Assembly (NCBI GenBank): GCA_964016885.1
Contig: OZ024756.1
Span: forward strand, 2,542,001 to 2,606,000
Direction: 5' to 3'
Length of the DNA stretch: 64,000 bases
Source of the DNA: Eledone cirrhosa
Taxonomy: Eukaryota
Positions 1 to 14,700 of the stretch are shown here, in pieces; the stretch's first letter is position 1, and each line of letters begins with the position of its first letter. A program made the position numbers and the translations under genes. The notes beneath the pieces were generated by a model, which saw only the letters and a list, made by a program, of their open reading frames with translations, ran no database searches and was not told where the DNA came from.

Positions 1-3000
1 TGTCAAGTCGGTGTCACTACTACTGCAGTCCATGTCAAGTCGATGTCACTACTACTGCAGTGTATGTCAAGTCAGTGCCACTACTACTGCAGTGTATGTC
101 AAGTCAGTGTCACTACTACTGAAGTGTATGTCAAGTCAGCGTCACTACTACTGAAGTGTATGTCAAGTCAGTAACACTACTACTGCAGTGTATGTCAAGT
201 CAGTGTCACTACTACTGCAGTGTATGTCAAGTCAGTGCCACTACTACTGCAGTGTATGTCAAGTCAGTGTCACTACTACTGCACTGTATGTCAAGTCAGT
301 GTCACTACTACTGCAGTACATGTCAAGTCAGTGTCACTACTACTGCAGTGTATGTCAAGTCAGTACCACTACTACTGCTGTGTATGTCAAGTCAGTGTCA
401 CTACTACTGCAGTGTATGTCAAGTCAGTGTCACTACTACTGCACTGTATGTCAAGTCAGTGTCACTACTACTGCAGTGTATGTCAAGTCAGTGTCACTAC
501 TACTGCACAGTATGTCAAGTCAGTGTCACTACTACTGCACTGTATGCCAAGTCAGTGTCACTACTACTGCAGTGTATGTCAAGTCAGTGTCACTACTACT
601 GCAGTGTATGTCAAGTCAGTGTCACTACTACTGCAGTGTATGTCAAGTCAGTGTCACTACTACTGCACTGTATGTCAAGTCAGTGTCACTACTACTGCAC
701 TGTATGTCAAGTCAGTATCACTACTACTGCAGTGTATGTCAAGTCAGTGCCTCTACTACTGCAGTGTATGTCAAGTCAGTGTCACTACTACTGCACTGTA
801 TGTCAAGTCAGTGTCACTACTACTGCAGTGCATGTCAAGTCAGTCTCACTACTACTGCAGTGTATGTCAAGTCAGTGTCACTACTACTGCAGTACATGTC
901 AAGTCAGTGTCACTACTACTGAAGTGCATGTCAAGTCAGTGTCACTACTACTGCAGTGCATGTCAAGTCAGTGCCACTACTACTGCAGTGCATGTCAAGT
1001 CAGTGCCTCTACTACTGCAGTGCATGTCAAGTCAGTGCCACTACTACTGCAGTGCATGTCAAGTCAGTGTCACTACTACTGCAGTGTATGTCAAGTCCTT
1101 GTCACTACTACTGCAGTGCATGTCAAGTCAGTGTCACTACTACTGCAGTGTATGTCAAGTCAGTGCCACTACTACTGCAGTGTATGTCAAGTCAGTGTCA
1201 CTACTACTGCATTGTATGTCAAGTCAGTGGCACTACTACTGCAGTGTATGTCAAGTCAGTGTCACTACAACTGCAGTGCATGTCAAGTCAGTGTCACTAC
1301 TACTGCAGTGTATGTCAAGTCAGTGTCACTACTACTGCAGTGTATGTGAAGTCAGTGTCACTACTACTGCAGTGTATGTCAAGTCAGTGTCACTACAACT
1401 GCAGAGCACGTCAAGTCAGTGTTACTGCTACTGCAGTGTATGTCAAGTCAGTGCCACTACTACTGCAGTGTATGTCAAGTCAGTACCACTACTACTGCAG
1501 TGTATTCAAATCAGTGTCACTGCTACTGCAGTGTATGTCAAGTCAGTGTCACTACTACTGCAGTGTATGTCAAGTCAGTGTCACTACTACTGCAGTGTAT
1601 GTCAAGTCAGTGTCATTACTACTGCAGTGTATGTCAAGTCAGTGTCACTACTACTGCAGTGTATGTCAAGTCAGTACCACTACTACTGAAGTGTATTTTT
1701 AAGTCGGTGTCACTACTACTGCAGTCCATGTCAAGTCGGTGTCACTACTACTGCAGTGTATGTCAAGTCGGTGTCACTACTACTGCAGTCCATGTCAAGT
1801 CGGTGTCACTACTACTGCAGTGTATGTAAAGTCAGTGTCACTACTACTGCAGTGAATGTCAAGTCAGTGTCAATACTACTGCAGTGTATGTCAAGTCAGT
1901 ACCACTACTACTGAAGCCTATGTCAAGTCGGTGTCACTACTACTGTAGTCCATGTCAAGTCGGTGTCACTACTACTGCAGTGTATGTCAAGTCAGTGCCA
2001 CTACTACTGCAGTGTATGTCAAGTCAGTGTCACTACTACTGCAGTGTATGTCAAGTCAGTGTCACTACTACTGCAGTGTATGTCAAGTCACTATCACTAC
2101 TACTGCAGTGCATGTCAAGTCGGTGTCACTACTACTGCAGTCCATGTCAAGTCGGTGACACTACTACTGCAGTGTATGTCAAGTCGGTGTCACTACTACT
2201 GCAGTCCATGTCAAGTCGGTGTCACTACTACTGCAGTGTATGTCAAGTCACTGTCATACTACTGCAGTGTATGTCAAGTCAGTACCACTACTACTGGAGT
2301 GTATGTCAAGTCAGTGTCACTACTACTGCAGTCCATGTCAAGTCGGTGTCACTACTACTGCAGTGTATGTCAATTCAGTGTCACTACTACTGCAGTGTAT
2401 GTCAAGTCAGTGTGACTACTACTGAAGTGTATGTCAAGTCAGTGTCACTACTACTGCAGTTTATGTCAAGTCAGTGTCACTACTACTGCAGTGTAGGTCA
2501 AGACAGTGTCACTACTACTGCAGTGTATGTCAAGTCAGTGTGACTACTACTGAAGTGTATGTCAATTCAGTGTCACTACTACTGCAGTGTATGTCAAGTC
2601 AGTGCCACTACTACTGCAGTGTATGTCAAGTCAGTGTCACTACTACTGCACTGTATGTCAAGTCAGTGTCACTACTACTGCAGTGTATTTCAAGTCAGTG
2701 TGACTACTACTGAAGTGTATGTCAAGTCAGTGTCACTACTACTGTAGTGTATGTCAAGTCAGTTCCACTACTACTGCAGTACATGTCAAGACAGTGTTAC
2801 TACTACTGAAGTGTATGTCAAGTCAGTGTCACTACTACTGCAGTGCATGTCAAGTCAGTGCCACTACTACTGCAGCGTATGTCAAGTCAGTGTCACTACT
2901 ACTGCAGTTATATGTCAAGTCAGTGTCACTACTACTGCAGTGTATGTCAAGTCAGTGTCACTACTACTGCAGTGTATGTCAAGTCAGTGTCACTACTACT

Positions 3001-6000
3001 GCAGTGCATATCAATCAGTGCCACTACTACTGCAGTACATGTCAAGTCAGTGTCACTACTACTGAAGTATATGTCAAGTCAGTGCCACTACTACTGCAGT
3101 GCATGTCAAATCAGTGCCACTACTACTGCAGTGTATGTCAAGTCAGTGTCACTACTACTGCAGTGTATGTCAAGTCAGTGCCACTACTACTGCAGTGTAT
3201 GTCAAGTCAGTGTCACTACAACTGCAGTGCATGTCAAGTCAGTGTCACTACTACTGCAATGTATGTCAAGTCAGTGTCACTACTACTGCAGTGTATGTCA
3301 AGTCAGTGTCACTACTACTGCAGTGTATGTCAAGTCAGTGTCACTACAACTGCAGAGCATGTCAAGTCAGTGTCACTACAACTGCAGTGCATGTCAAGTC
3401 AGTGTCACTACTACTGCAATGTATGTCAAGTCAGTGTCACTACTACTGCAGTGTATGTCAAGTCAGTGCCACTACTACTGCAGTGTATGTCAAGTCAGTG
3501 TCACTACAACTGCAGTGCATGTCAAGTCAGTGTCACTACTACTGCAATGTATGTCAAGTCAGTGCCACTACTACTGCAGTGTATGTCAAGTCAGTGTCAC
3601 TACTACTGAAGTGTATGTCAAGTCAGTGTCACTACTACTGCAGTGTATGTCAAGTCAGTGTCACTACTACTGCAGTGTATGTCAAGTCAGTGTCACTACT
3701 ACTGCAGTGTATGTCAAGTCAGTGTCACTACTACTGCAGTGTATGACAAGTCAGTACCACTACTACTGAAGTGTATTTTTAAGTCGGTGTCACTACTACT
3801 GCAGTGTATGTCAAGTCTGTGTCACTACTATTGCAGTGTATGTCTAGTCAGTACCACTACTACTGAATTGTATGTCAAGTCGGTATCACTACTACTGCAG
3901 TCCATGTCAAGTCGGTGTCACTACTACTGCAGTGTATGTCAAGTCAGTGTCACTACTACTGCAGTGTATGTCAAGTCAGCGTCACTACTACTGAAGTGTA
4001 TGTCAAGTCAGTAACACTACTACTGCAGTGTATGTCAAGTCAGTGTCACTACTACTGCAGTCCATGTCAAGTCTGTGTCACTACTATTGCAGTGTATGTC
4101 TAGTCAGTACCACTACTACTGAATTGTATGTCAAGTCGGTGTCACTACTACTGCAGTCCATGTCAAGTCGATGTCACTACTACTGCAGTGTATGTCAAGT
4201 CAGTGCCACTACTACTGCAGTGTATGTCAAGTCAGTGTCACTACTACTGAAGTGTATGTCAAGTCAGCGTCACTACTACTGAAGTGTATGTCAAGTCAGT
4301 AACACTACTACTGCAGTGTATGTCAAGTCAGTGTCACTACTACTGCAGTGTATGTCAAGTCAGTGCCACTACTACTGCAGTGTATGTCAAGTCAGTGTCA
4401 CTACTACTGCACTGTATGTCAAGTCAGTGTCACTACTACTGCAGTACATGTCAAGTCAGTGTCACTACTACTGCAGTGTATGTCAAGTCAGTACCACTAC
4501 TACTGCTGTGTATGTCAAGTCAGTGTCACTACTACTGCAGTGTATGTCAAGTCAGTGTCACTACTACTGCACTGTATGTCAAGTCAGTGTCACTACTACT
4601 GCAGTGTATGTCAAGTCAGTGTCACTACTACTGCACAGTATGTCAAGTCAGTGTCACTACTACTGCACTGTATGTCAAGTCAGTGTCACTACTACTGCAG
4701 TGTATGTCAAGTCAGTGTCACTACTACTGCAGTGTATGTCAAGTCAGTGTCACTACTACTGCAGTGTATGTCAAGTCAGTGTCACTACTACTGCACTGTA
4801 TGTCAAGTCAGTGTCACTACTACTGCACTGTATGTCAAGTCAGTATCACTACTACTGCAGTGTATGTCAAGTCAGTGCCTCTACTACTGCAGTGTATGTC
4901 AAGTCAGTGTCACTACTACTGCACTGTATGTCAAGTCAGTGTCACTACTACTGCAGTGCATGTCAAGTCAGTCTCACTACTACTGCAGTGTATGTCAAGT
5001 CAGTGTCACTACTACTGCAGTACATGTCAAGTCAGTGTCACTACTACTGAAGTGCATGTCAAGTCAGTGTCACTACTACTGCAGTGCATGTCAAGTCAGT
5101 GCCACTACTACTGCAGTGCATGTCAAGTCAGTGCCTCTACTACTGCAGTGCATGTCAAGTCAGTGCCACTACTACTGCAGTGCATGTCAAGTCAGTGTCA
5201 CTACTACTGCAGTGTATGTCAAGTCCTTGTCACTACTACTGCAGTGCATGTCAAGTCAGTGTCACTACTACTGCAGTGTATGTCAAGTCAGTGCCACTAC
5301 TACTGCAGTGTATGTCAAGTCAGTGTCACTACTACTGCATTGTATGTCAAGTCAGTGGCACTACTACTGCAGTGTATGTCAAGTCAGTGTCACTACAACT
5401 GCAGTGCATGTCAAGTCAGTGTCACTACTACTGCAGTGTATGTCAAGTCAGTGTCACTACTACTGCAGTGTATGTGAAGTCAGTGTCACTACTACTGCAG
5501 TGTATGTCAAGTCAGTGTCACTACAACTGCAGAGCACGTCAAGTCAGTGTTACTGCTACTGCAGTGTATGTCAAGTCAGTGCCACTACTACTGCAGTGTT
5601 TGTCAAGTCAGTACCACTACTACTGCAGTGTATTCAAATCAGTGTCACTGCTACTGCAGTGTATGTCAAGTCAGTGTCACTACTACTGCAGTGTATGTCA
5701 AGTCAGTGTCACTACTACTGCAGTGTATGTCAAGTCAGTGTCATTACTACTGCAGTGTATGTCAAGTCAGTGTCACTACTACTGCAGTGTATGTCAAGTC
5801 AGTACCACTACTACTGAAGTGTATTTTTAAGTCGGTGTCACTACTACTGCAGTCCATGTCAAGTCGGTGTCACTACTACTGCAGTGTATGTCAAGTCGGT
5901 GTCACTACTACTGCAGTCCATGTCAAGTCGGTGTCACTACTACTGCAGTGTATGTAAAGTCAGTGTCACTACTACTGCAGTGAATGTCAAGTCAGTGTCA

Positions 6001-8189
6001 ATACTACTGCAGTGTATGTCAAGTCAGTACCACTACTACTGAAGCCTATGTCAAGTCGGTGTCACTACTACTGTAGTCCATGTCAAGTCGGTGTCACTAC
6101 TACTGCAGTGTATGTCAAGTCAGTGCCACTACTACTGCAGTGTATGTCAAGTCAGTGTCACTACTACTGCAGTGTATGTCAAGTCAGTGTCACTACTACT
6201 GCAGTGTATGTCAAGTCAGTATCACTACTACTGCAGTGCATGTCAAGTCGGTGTCACTACTACTGCAGTCCATGTCAAGTCGGTGACACTACTACTGCAG
6301 TGTATGTCAAGTCGGTGTCACTACTACTGCAGTCCATGTCAAGTCGGTGTCACTACTACTGCAGTGTATGTCAAGTCACTGTCATACTACTGCAGTGTAT
6401 GTCAAGTCAGTACCACTACTACTGAAGTGTATGTCAAGTCAGTGTCACTACTACTGCAGTCCATGTCAAGTCGGTGTCACTACTACTGCAGTGTATGTCA
6501 ATTCAGTGTCACTACTACTGCAGTGTATGTCAAGTCAGTGTGACTACTACTGAAGTGTATGTCAAGTCAGTGTCACTACTACTGCAGTTTATGTCAAGTC
6601 AGTGTCACTACTACTGCAGTGTAGGTCAAGACAGTGTCACTACTACTGCAGTGTATGTCAAGTCAGTGTGACTACTACTGAAGTGTATGTCAATTCAGTG
6701 TCACTACTACTGCAGTGTATGTCAAGTCAGTGCCACTACTACTGCAGTGTATGTCAAGTCAGTTTCACTACTACTGCACTGTATGTCAAGTCAGTGTCAC
6801 TACTACTGCAGTGTATTTCAAGTCAGTGTGACTACTACTGAAGTGTATGTCAAGTCAGTGTCACTACTACTGTAGTGTATGTCAAGTCAGTTCCACTACT
6901 ACTGCAGTACATGTCAAGACAGTGTTACTACTACTGAAGTGTATGTCAAGTCAGTGTCACTACTACTGCAGTGCATGTCAAGTCAGTGCCACTACTACTG
7001 CAGCGTATGTCAAGTCAGTGTCACTACTACTGCAGTTATATGTCAAGTCAGTGTCACTACTACTGCAGTGTATGTCAAGTCAGTGTCACTACTACTGCAG
7101 TGTATGTCAAGTCAGTGTCACTACTACTGCAGTGCATATCAATCAGTGCCACTACTACTGCAGTACATGTCAAGTCAGTGTCACTACTACTGAAGTATAT
7201 GTCAAGTCAGTGCCACTACTACTGCAGTGCATGTCAAATCAGTGCCACTACTACTGCAGTGTATGTCAAGTCAGTGTCACTACTACTGCAGTGTATGTCA
7301 AGTCAGTGCCACTACTACTGCAGTGTATGTCAAGTCAGTGTCACTACAACTGCAGTGCATGTCAAGTCAGTGTCACTACTACTGCAATGTATGTCAAGTC
7401 AGTGTCACTACTACTGCAGTGTATGTCAAGTCAGTGTCACTACTACTGCAGTGTATGTCAAGTCAGTGTCACTACAACTGCAGAGCATGTCAAGTCAGTG
7501 TCACTACAACTGCAGTGCATGTCAAGTCAGTGTCACTACTACTGCAATGTATGTCAAGTCAGTGTCACTACTACTGCAGTGTATGTCAAGTCAGTGCCAC
7601 TACTACTGCAGTGTATGTCAAGTCAGTGTCACTACAACTGCAGTGCATGTCAAGTCAGTGTCACTACTACTGCAATGTATGTCAAGTCAGTGCCACTACT
7701 ACTGCAGTGTATGTCAAGTCAGTGTCACTACTACTGAAGTGTATGTCAAGTCAGTGTCACTACTACTGCAGTGTATGTCAAGTCAGTGTCACTACTACTG
7801 CAGTGTATGTCAAGTCAGTGTCACTACTACTGCAGTGTATGTCAAGTCAGTGTCACTACTACTGCAGTGTATGACAAGTCAGTACCACTACTACTGAAGT
7901 GTATTTTTAAGTCGGTGTCACTACTACTGCAGTGTATGTCAAGTCTGTGTCACTACTATTGCAGTGTATGTCTAGTCAGTACCACTACTACTGAATTGTA
8001 TGTCAAGTCGGTATCACTACTACTGCAGTCCATGTCAAGTCGGTGTCACTACTACTGCAGTGTATGTCAAGTCAGTGTCACTACTACTGCAGTGTATGTC
8101 AAGTCAGCGTCACTACTACTGAAGTGTATGTCAAGTCAGTAACACTACTACTGCAGTGTATGTCAAGTCAGTGTCACTACTACTGCAGT
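1..8189. repeat. Tandem duplication of a 4128-bp (129-monomer) HOR unit: 1-4128 and 4129-~8189
   Basis: Rare variants recur at +4128, e.g. GTCGATG at ~43/4171, GTCCTTG at ~1095/5223 and GAAGCCTA at ~1913/6041. ORF-track entries are offset by 4128 (156/4284, 1884/6012, 3643/7771). The match breaks near 4062/8190. Confidence 0.95.
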
Positions 8190-11100
8190 GTATGTCAAGT
8201 CAGCGTCACTACTACTGAAGTGTATGTCAAGTCAGTAACACTACTACTGCAGTGTATGTCAAGTCAGTGTCACTACTACTGCAGTGCATGTCAAGTCGGT
8301 GTCACTACTACTGCAGTACATATCAAGTCAGCGTCACTACTACTGAAGTGTATGTCAAGTCAGTGTCACTACTACTGAAGTGTATGTCAAGTCAGCGTCA
8401 CTACTACTGAAGTGTATGTCAAGTCAGTAACACTACTACTGCAGTGTATGTCAAGTCAGTGTCACTACTACTGCAGTCCATGTCAAGTCGGTGTCACCCA
8501 CTACTGCAATGTATGTCAAGTCAGTGTCACTACTACTGCAGTGTATGTCAAGTCAGTGTCACTACTACTGCAGTGTATGTCAAGTCAGTGTCACTACAAC
8601 TGCAGAGCATGTCAAGTCAGTGTCACTACTACTGCAGTGTATGTCAAGTCAGTGTCACTACTACTGCAGTGTATGTCAAGTCAGTGTCACTACTACTGCA
8701 GTGTATGTCAAGTCAGTACCACTACTACTGCAGTGTATGTCAAGTCACTGTCACTACTACTGCAGTGTATGTCAAGTCAGTGCCACTTCTACTGCAGTGT
8801 ATGTCAAGTCAGTGTCACTACTACTGAAGTGTATGTCAAGTCAGTGTCACTACTACTGCAGTGTATGTCAAGTCAGTGTCACTACTACTGCAGTGTATGT
8901 CAAGTCAGTTTCACTACTACTGCAGTGTATGTCAAGTCAGTGTCACTACTACTGCAGTGTATGTCTAGTCAGTACCACTACTACCGAATTGTATGTCAAG
9001 TCGGTGTCACTACTACTGCAGTCCATGTCAAGTCTGTGTCACTACTATTGCAGTGTATGTCTAGTCAGTACCACTACTACTGAATTGTATGTCAAGTCGG
9101 TGTCACTACTACTGCAGTCCATGTCAAGTCGGTGTCACTACTACTGCAGTGTATGTCAAGTCAGTGCCACTACTACTGCAGTGTATGTCAAGTCAGTGTC
9201 ACTACTACTGAAGTGTATGTCAAGTCAGCGTCACTACTACTGAAGTGTATGTCAAGTCAGTAACACTACTACTGCAGTGTATGTCAAGTCAGTAACACTA
9301 CTACTGCAGTGTATGTCAAGTCAGTGTCACTACTACTGCAGTGCATGTCAAGTCGGTGTCACTACTACTGCAGTTATATGTCAAGTCAGTGTCACTACTA
9401 CTGCAGTGTATGTCAAGTCAGTGTCACTACTACTGCAGTGTATGTCAAGTCAGTGTCACTACTACTGCAGTGCATATCAATCAGTGCCACTACTACTGCA
9501 GTACATGTCAAGTCAGTGTCACTACTACTGAAGTATATGTCAAGTCAGTGCCACTACTACTGCAGTGCATGTCAAATCAGTGCCACTACTACTGCAGTGT
9601 ATGTCAAGTCAGTGTCACTACTACTGCAGTGTATGTCAAGTCAGTGCCACTACTACTGCAGTGTATGTCAAGTCAGTGTCACTACAACTGCAGTGCATGT
9701 CAAGTCAGTGTCACTACTACTGCAATGTATGTCAAGTCAGTGTCACTACTACTGCAGTGTATGTCAAGTCAGTGTCACTACTACTGCAGTGTATGTCAAG
9801 TCAGTGTCACTACAACTGCAGAGCATGTCAAGTCAGTGTCACTACAACTGCAGTGCATGTCAAGTCAGTGTCACTACTACTGCAATGTATGTCAAGTCAG
9901 TGTCACTACTACTGCAGTGTATGTCAAGTCAGTGCCACTACTACTGCAGTGTATGTCAAGTCAGTGTCACTACAACTGCAGTGCATGTCAAGTCAGTGTC
10001 ACTACTACTGCAATGTATGTCAAGTCAGTGCCACTACTACTGCAGTGTATGTCAAGTCAGTGTCACTACTACTGAAGTGTATGTCAAGTCAGTGTCACTA
10101 CTACTGCAGTGTATGTCAAGTCAGTGTCACTACTACTGCAGTGTATGTCAAGTCAGTGTCACTACTACTGCAGTGTATGTCAAGTCAGTGTCACTACTAC
10201 TGCAGTGTATGACAAGTCAGTACCACTACTACTGAAGTGTATTTTTAAGTCGGTGTCACTACTACTGCAGTGTATGTCAAGTCTGTGTCACTACTATTGC
10301 AGTGTATGTCTAGTCAGTACCACTACTACTGAATTGTATGTCAAGTCGGTATCACTACTACTGCAGTCCATGTCAAGTCGGTGTCACTACTACTGCAGTG
10401 TATGTCAAGTCAGTGTCACTACTACTGCAGTGTATGTCAAATCAGCGTCACTACTACTGAAGTGTATGTCAAGTCAGTAACACTACTACTGCAGTGTATG
10501 TCAAGTCAGTGTCACTACTACTGCAGTGTATGTCAAGTCAGCGTCACTACTACTGAAGTGTATGTCAAGTCAGTAACACTACTACTGCAGTGTATGTCAA
10601 GTCAGTGTCACTACTACTGCAGTGCATGTCAAGTCGGTGTCACTACTACTGCAGTACATGTCAAGTCAGCGTCACTACTACTGAAGTGTATGTCAAGTCA
10701 GTGTCACTACTACTGAAGTGTATGTCAAGTCAGCGTCACTACTACTGAAGTGTATGTCAAGTCAGTAACACTACTACTGCAGTGTATGTCAAGTCAGTGT
10801 CACTACTACTGCAGTCCATGTCAAGTCGGTAACACTACTACTGCAGTGTATGTCAAGTCGGTGTCACCCACTACTGCAATGTATGTCAAGTCAGTGTCAC
10901 TACTACTGCAGTGTATGTCAAGTCAGTGTCACTACTACTGCAGTGTATGTCAAGTCAGTGTCACTACAACTGCAGAGCATGTCAAGTCAGTGTCACTACT
11001 ACTGCAGTGTATGTCAAGTCAGTGTCACTACTACTGCAGTGTATGTCAAGTCAGTGTCACTACTACTGCAGTGTATGTCAAGTCAGTACCACTACTACTG

Positions 11101-11744
11101 CAGTGTATGTCAAGTCACTGTCACTACTACTGCAGTGTATGTCAAGTCAGTGCCACTTCTACTGCAGTGTATGTCAAGTCAGTGTCACTACTACTGAAGT
11201 GTATGTCAAGTCAGTGTCACTACTACTGCAGTGTATGTCAAGTCAGTGTCACTACTACTGCAGTGTATGTCAAGTCAGTTTCACTACTACTGCAGTGTAT
11301 GTCAAGTCAGTGTCACTACTACTGCAGTGTATGTCTAGTCAGTACCACTACTACCGAATTGTATGTCAAGTCGGTGTCACTACTACTGCAGTCCATGTCA
11401 AGTCTGTGTCACTACTATTGCAGTGTATGTCTAGTCAGTACCACTACTACTGAATTGTATGTCAAGTCGGTGTCACTACTACTGCAGTCCATGTCAAGTC
11501 GGTGTCACTACTACTGCAGTGTATGTCAAGTCAGTGCCACTACTACTGCAGTGTATGTCAAGTCAGTGTCACTACTACTGAAGTGTATGTCAAGTCAGCG
11601 TCACTACTACTGAAGTGTATGTCAAGTCAGTAACACTACTACTGCAGTGTATGTCAAGTCAGTAACACTACTACTGCAGTGTATGTCAAGTCAGTGTCAC
11701 TACTACTGCAGTGCATGTCAAGTCGGTGTCACTACTACTGCAGT
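7020..11744. repeat. Tandem duplication of a ~2338-bp (73-monomer) unit; the second copy gains one monomer near 10830 (offset becomes 2370)
   Basis: Offsets are 7227/9565 and 7771/10109 (2338). The GTCACCCACTAC variant is at 8491/10861 and another pair is 9277/11647 (2370). Confidence 0.9.
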
Positions 11745-14700
11745 CCATGTCAAGTCGGTAACAGTACTACTGCAGTGTATGTCAAGTCGGTGTCACTACT
11801 ACTGCAGTCCATGTCAAGTCGGTGTCACTACTACTGCAGTGTATGTCAAGTCACTGTCACTACTACTGCAGTGCATGTCAAATCACTGTCACTACTACTG
11901 AAGTGTATGTCAAGTCGGTGTCACTACTACTGCAGTCCATGTCAAGTCGGTGTCACTACTACTGCAGTGTATGTCAAGTCGGTGTCACTACTACTGCAAT
12001 GTATGTCAAGTCAGTGTCACTACTACTGCAGTGTATGTCAAGTCAGTGTCACTACTACTGCAGTGTATGTCAAGTCAGTGTCACTACAACTGCAGAGCAT
12101 GTCAAGTCAGTGTCACTACTACTGCAGTGTATGTCAAGTCAGTGTCACTACTACTGCAGTGTATGTCAAGTCAGTACCACTACTACTGCAGTGTATGTCA
12201 AGTCAGTGTCACTACTACTGCAGTGTATGTCAAGTCAGTGCCACTACTACTGCAGTGTATGTCAAGTCAGTGTCACTACTACTGAAGTGTATGTCAAGTC
12301 AGTGTCACTACTATTGCAGTGTATGTCAAGTCAGTGTCACTACTACTGCAGTGTATGTCAAGTCAGTGTCAGTACTACTGCAGTGTATGTCAAGTCAGTG
12401 TCACTACTACTGCAGTGTATGTCAAGTCAGTGTCACTACTACTGCAGTGTATGTCAAGTCAGTGTCACTACTACTGCAGTGTATGTCAAGTCAGTGTCAC
12501 TACTACTGAAGTGTATTTTTAAGTCGGTGTCACTACTACTGAATTGTATGTCAAGTCGGTGTCACTACTACTGCAGTCCATGTCAAGTCTGTGTCACTAC
12601 TATTGCAGTGTATGTCTAGTCAGTACTACTACTACTGAATTGTATGTCAAGTCGGTGTCACTACTACTGCAGTGTATGTCAAGTCAGTGCCACTACTACT
12701 GCAGTGTATGTCAAGTCAGTACCACTACTACTGCAGACCATGTCAAGTCGGTGTCACTACTACTGCAGTGTATGTCAAGTCAGTGCCACTACTACTGCAG
12801 TGTATGTCAAATCAGTGTCACTACTACTGAAGTGTATGTCAAGTCAGCGTCTCTACTACTGAAGTGTATGTCAAGTCAGTAACACTACTACTGCAGTGTA
12901 TGTCAAGTCAGTGTCACTACTACTGCAGTCCATGTCAAGTCGGTAACACTACTACTGCAGTGTATGTCAAGTCGGTGTCACTACTACTGCAGTCCATGTC
13001 AAGTCGGTGACACTACTACTGCAGTGTATGTCAAGTCGGTGTCACTACTACTGCAGTCCATGTCAAGTCGGTGTCACTACTACTGCAGTGTATGTCAAGT
13101 CACTGTCACTACTACTGCAATGTATGTCAAGTCAGTGTCACTACTACTGCAATGTATGTCAAGTCAGTGTCACTACTACTGCAGTGTAGGTCAAGTCAGT
13201 GTCACTACTACTGCAGTGTATGTCAAGTCAGAGTCACTACTACTGAAGTGTATGTCAAGTCAGTGTCACTACTACTGCAATGTATGTCAAGTCAGTGTCA
13301 CTACTACTGCAGTGTATGTCAAGTCAGTGTCACTACTACTGCAGTCCATGTCAAGTCGGTGTCACTACTACTGCAGTGTATGTCAAGTCAGTGTCACTAC
13401 TACTGCAGTGTATGTCAAGTCAGTGTCACTACTACTGCAGTGTATGGCAAGTCAGTGTCACTACTACTGAAGTGTATGTCAAGTCAGGTTCACTATTACT
13501 GCAGTGTATGTCAAGTCAGTGTCACTACTACTGCAGTGTATGTCAAGTCAGTGTCACTACTACTGCAGTGTATGTCAAGTCAGTGTCACTACTACTGCAG
13601 TGTATGTCAAGTCAGTACCACTACTACTGCAGTGTATGTAAAGTCAGTGTCACTACTACTGCAGTGTATGTCAAGTCAGTGTCACTACTACGGCAGTGTA
13701 TGTCAAGTCAGTGTCACTACTACTGCAGTGTATGTAAAGTCAGTGCCACTACTACTGCAGTGTATGTCAAGTCAGTGTCACTACTACTACAGTGTATGTC
13801 AAGTCAGTGTCACTACTACTGCAGTGTATGTCCAGTCAGTACCACTACTACTGCAGTGTATGTCATGTCAGTGTCACTACTACTGAAGTGTATGTCAAGT
13901 CAGTGCCACTACTACTGCAGTGTATGTCAAGTCAGTGCCACTACTACTGCAGTGTATGTCAAGTCAGTGTCACTACTACTGCAGTGTATGTCAAGTCAGT
14001 GTCACTACTACTGCAGTGTATATCAAGTCAGTGTCCCTACTACTGCAGTGTATGTCAAGTCAGTGTCACTACTACTGCAGTGTATGTCAAGTCAGTGCCA
14101 CTACTACTGCAGTCCATGTCAAGTCGGTGTCACTACTACTGCAGTGTATGTCAAGTCAGTGTCACTACTACTGCAGTGTATGTCAAGTCAGTGTCACTAC
14201 TACTGCAGTGTATATCAAGTCAGTGTCCCTACTACTGCAGTGTATGTCAAGTCAGTGTCACTACTACTGCAGTGTATGTCAAGTCGGTGCCACTACTACT
14301 GCAGTCCATGTCAAGTCGGTGTCAATACTACTGCAGTGTATGTCAAGTCAGTGTCACTACTACTGCAGTGTATGTCAAGTCAGTGTCACTACTACTGCAG
14401 TGTATATCAAGTCAGTGTCCCTACTACTGCAGTGTATGTCAAGTCAGTGTCACTACTACTGCAGTTTATGAACAAGTCAGTGTCACTACTACTGCAGTGT
14501 ATGTCAAGACAGTGTCACTACTACTGCAGTGTATGTCAAGTCAGTGTCACTACTACTGAAGTGCATGTCTAGTCAGTGTCACTACTACTGCAGTGTATGT
14601 CAAGTCAGTGTCACTACAACTGCAGAGCATGTCAAGTCAGTGTCACTGCTACTGCAGTGTATGTCAAGTCAGTGCCACTACTACTGCAGTGTATGTCAAG

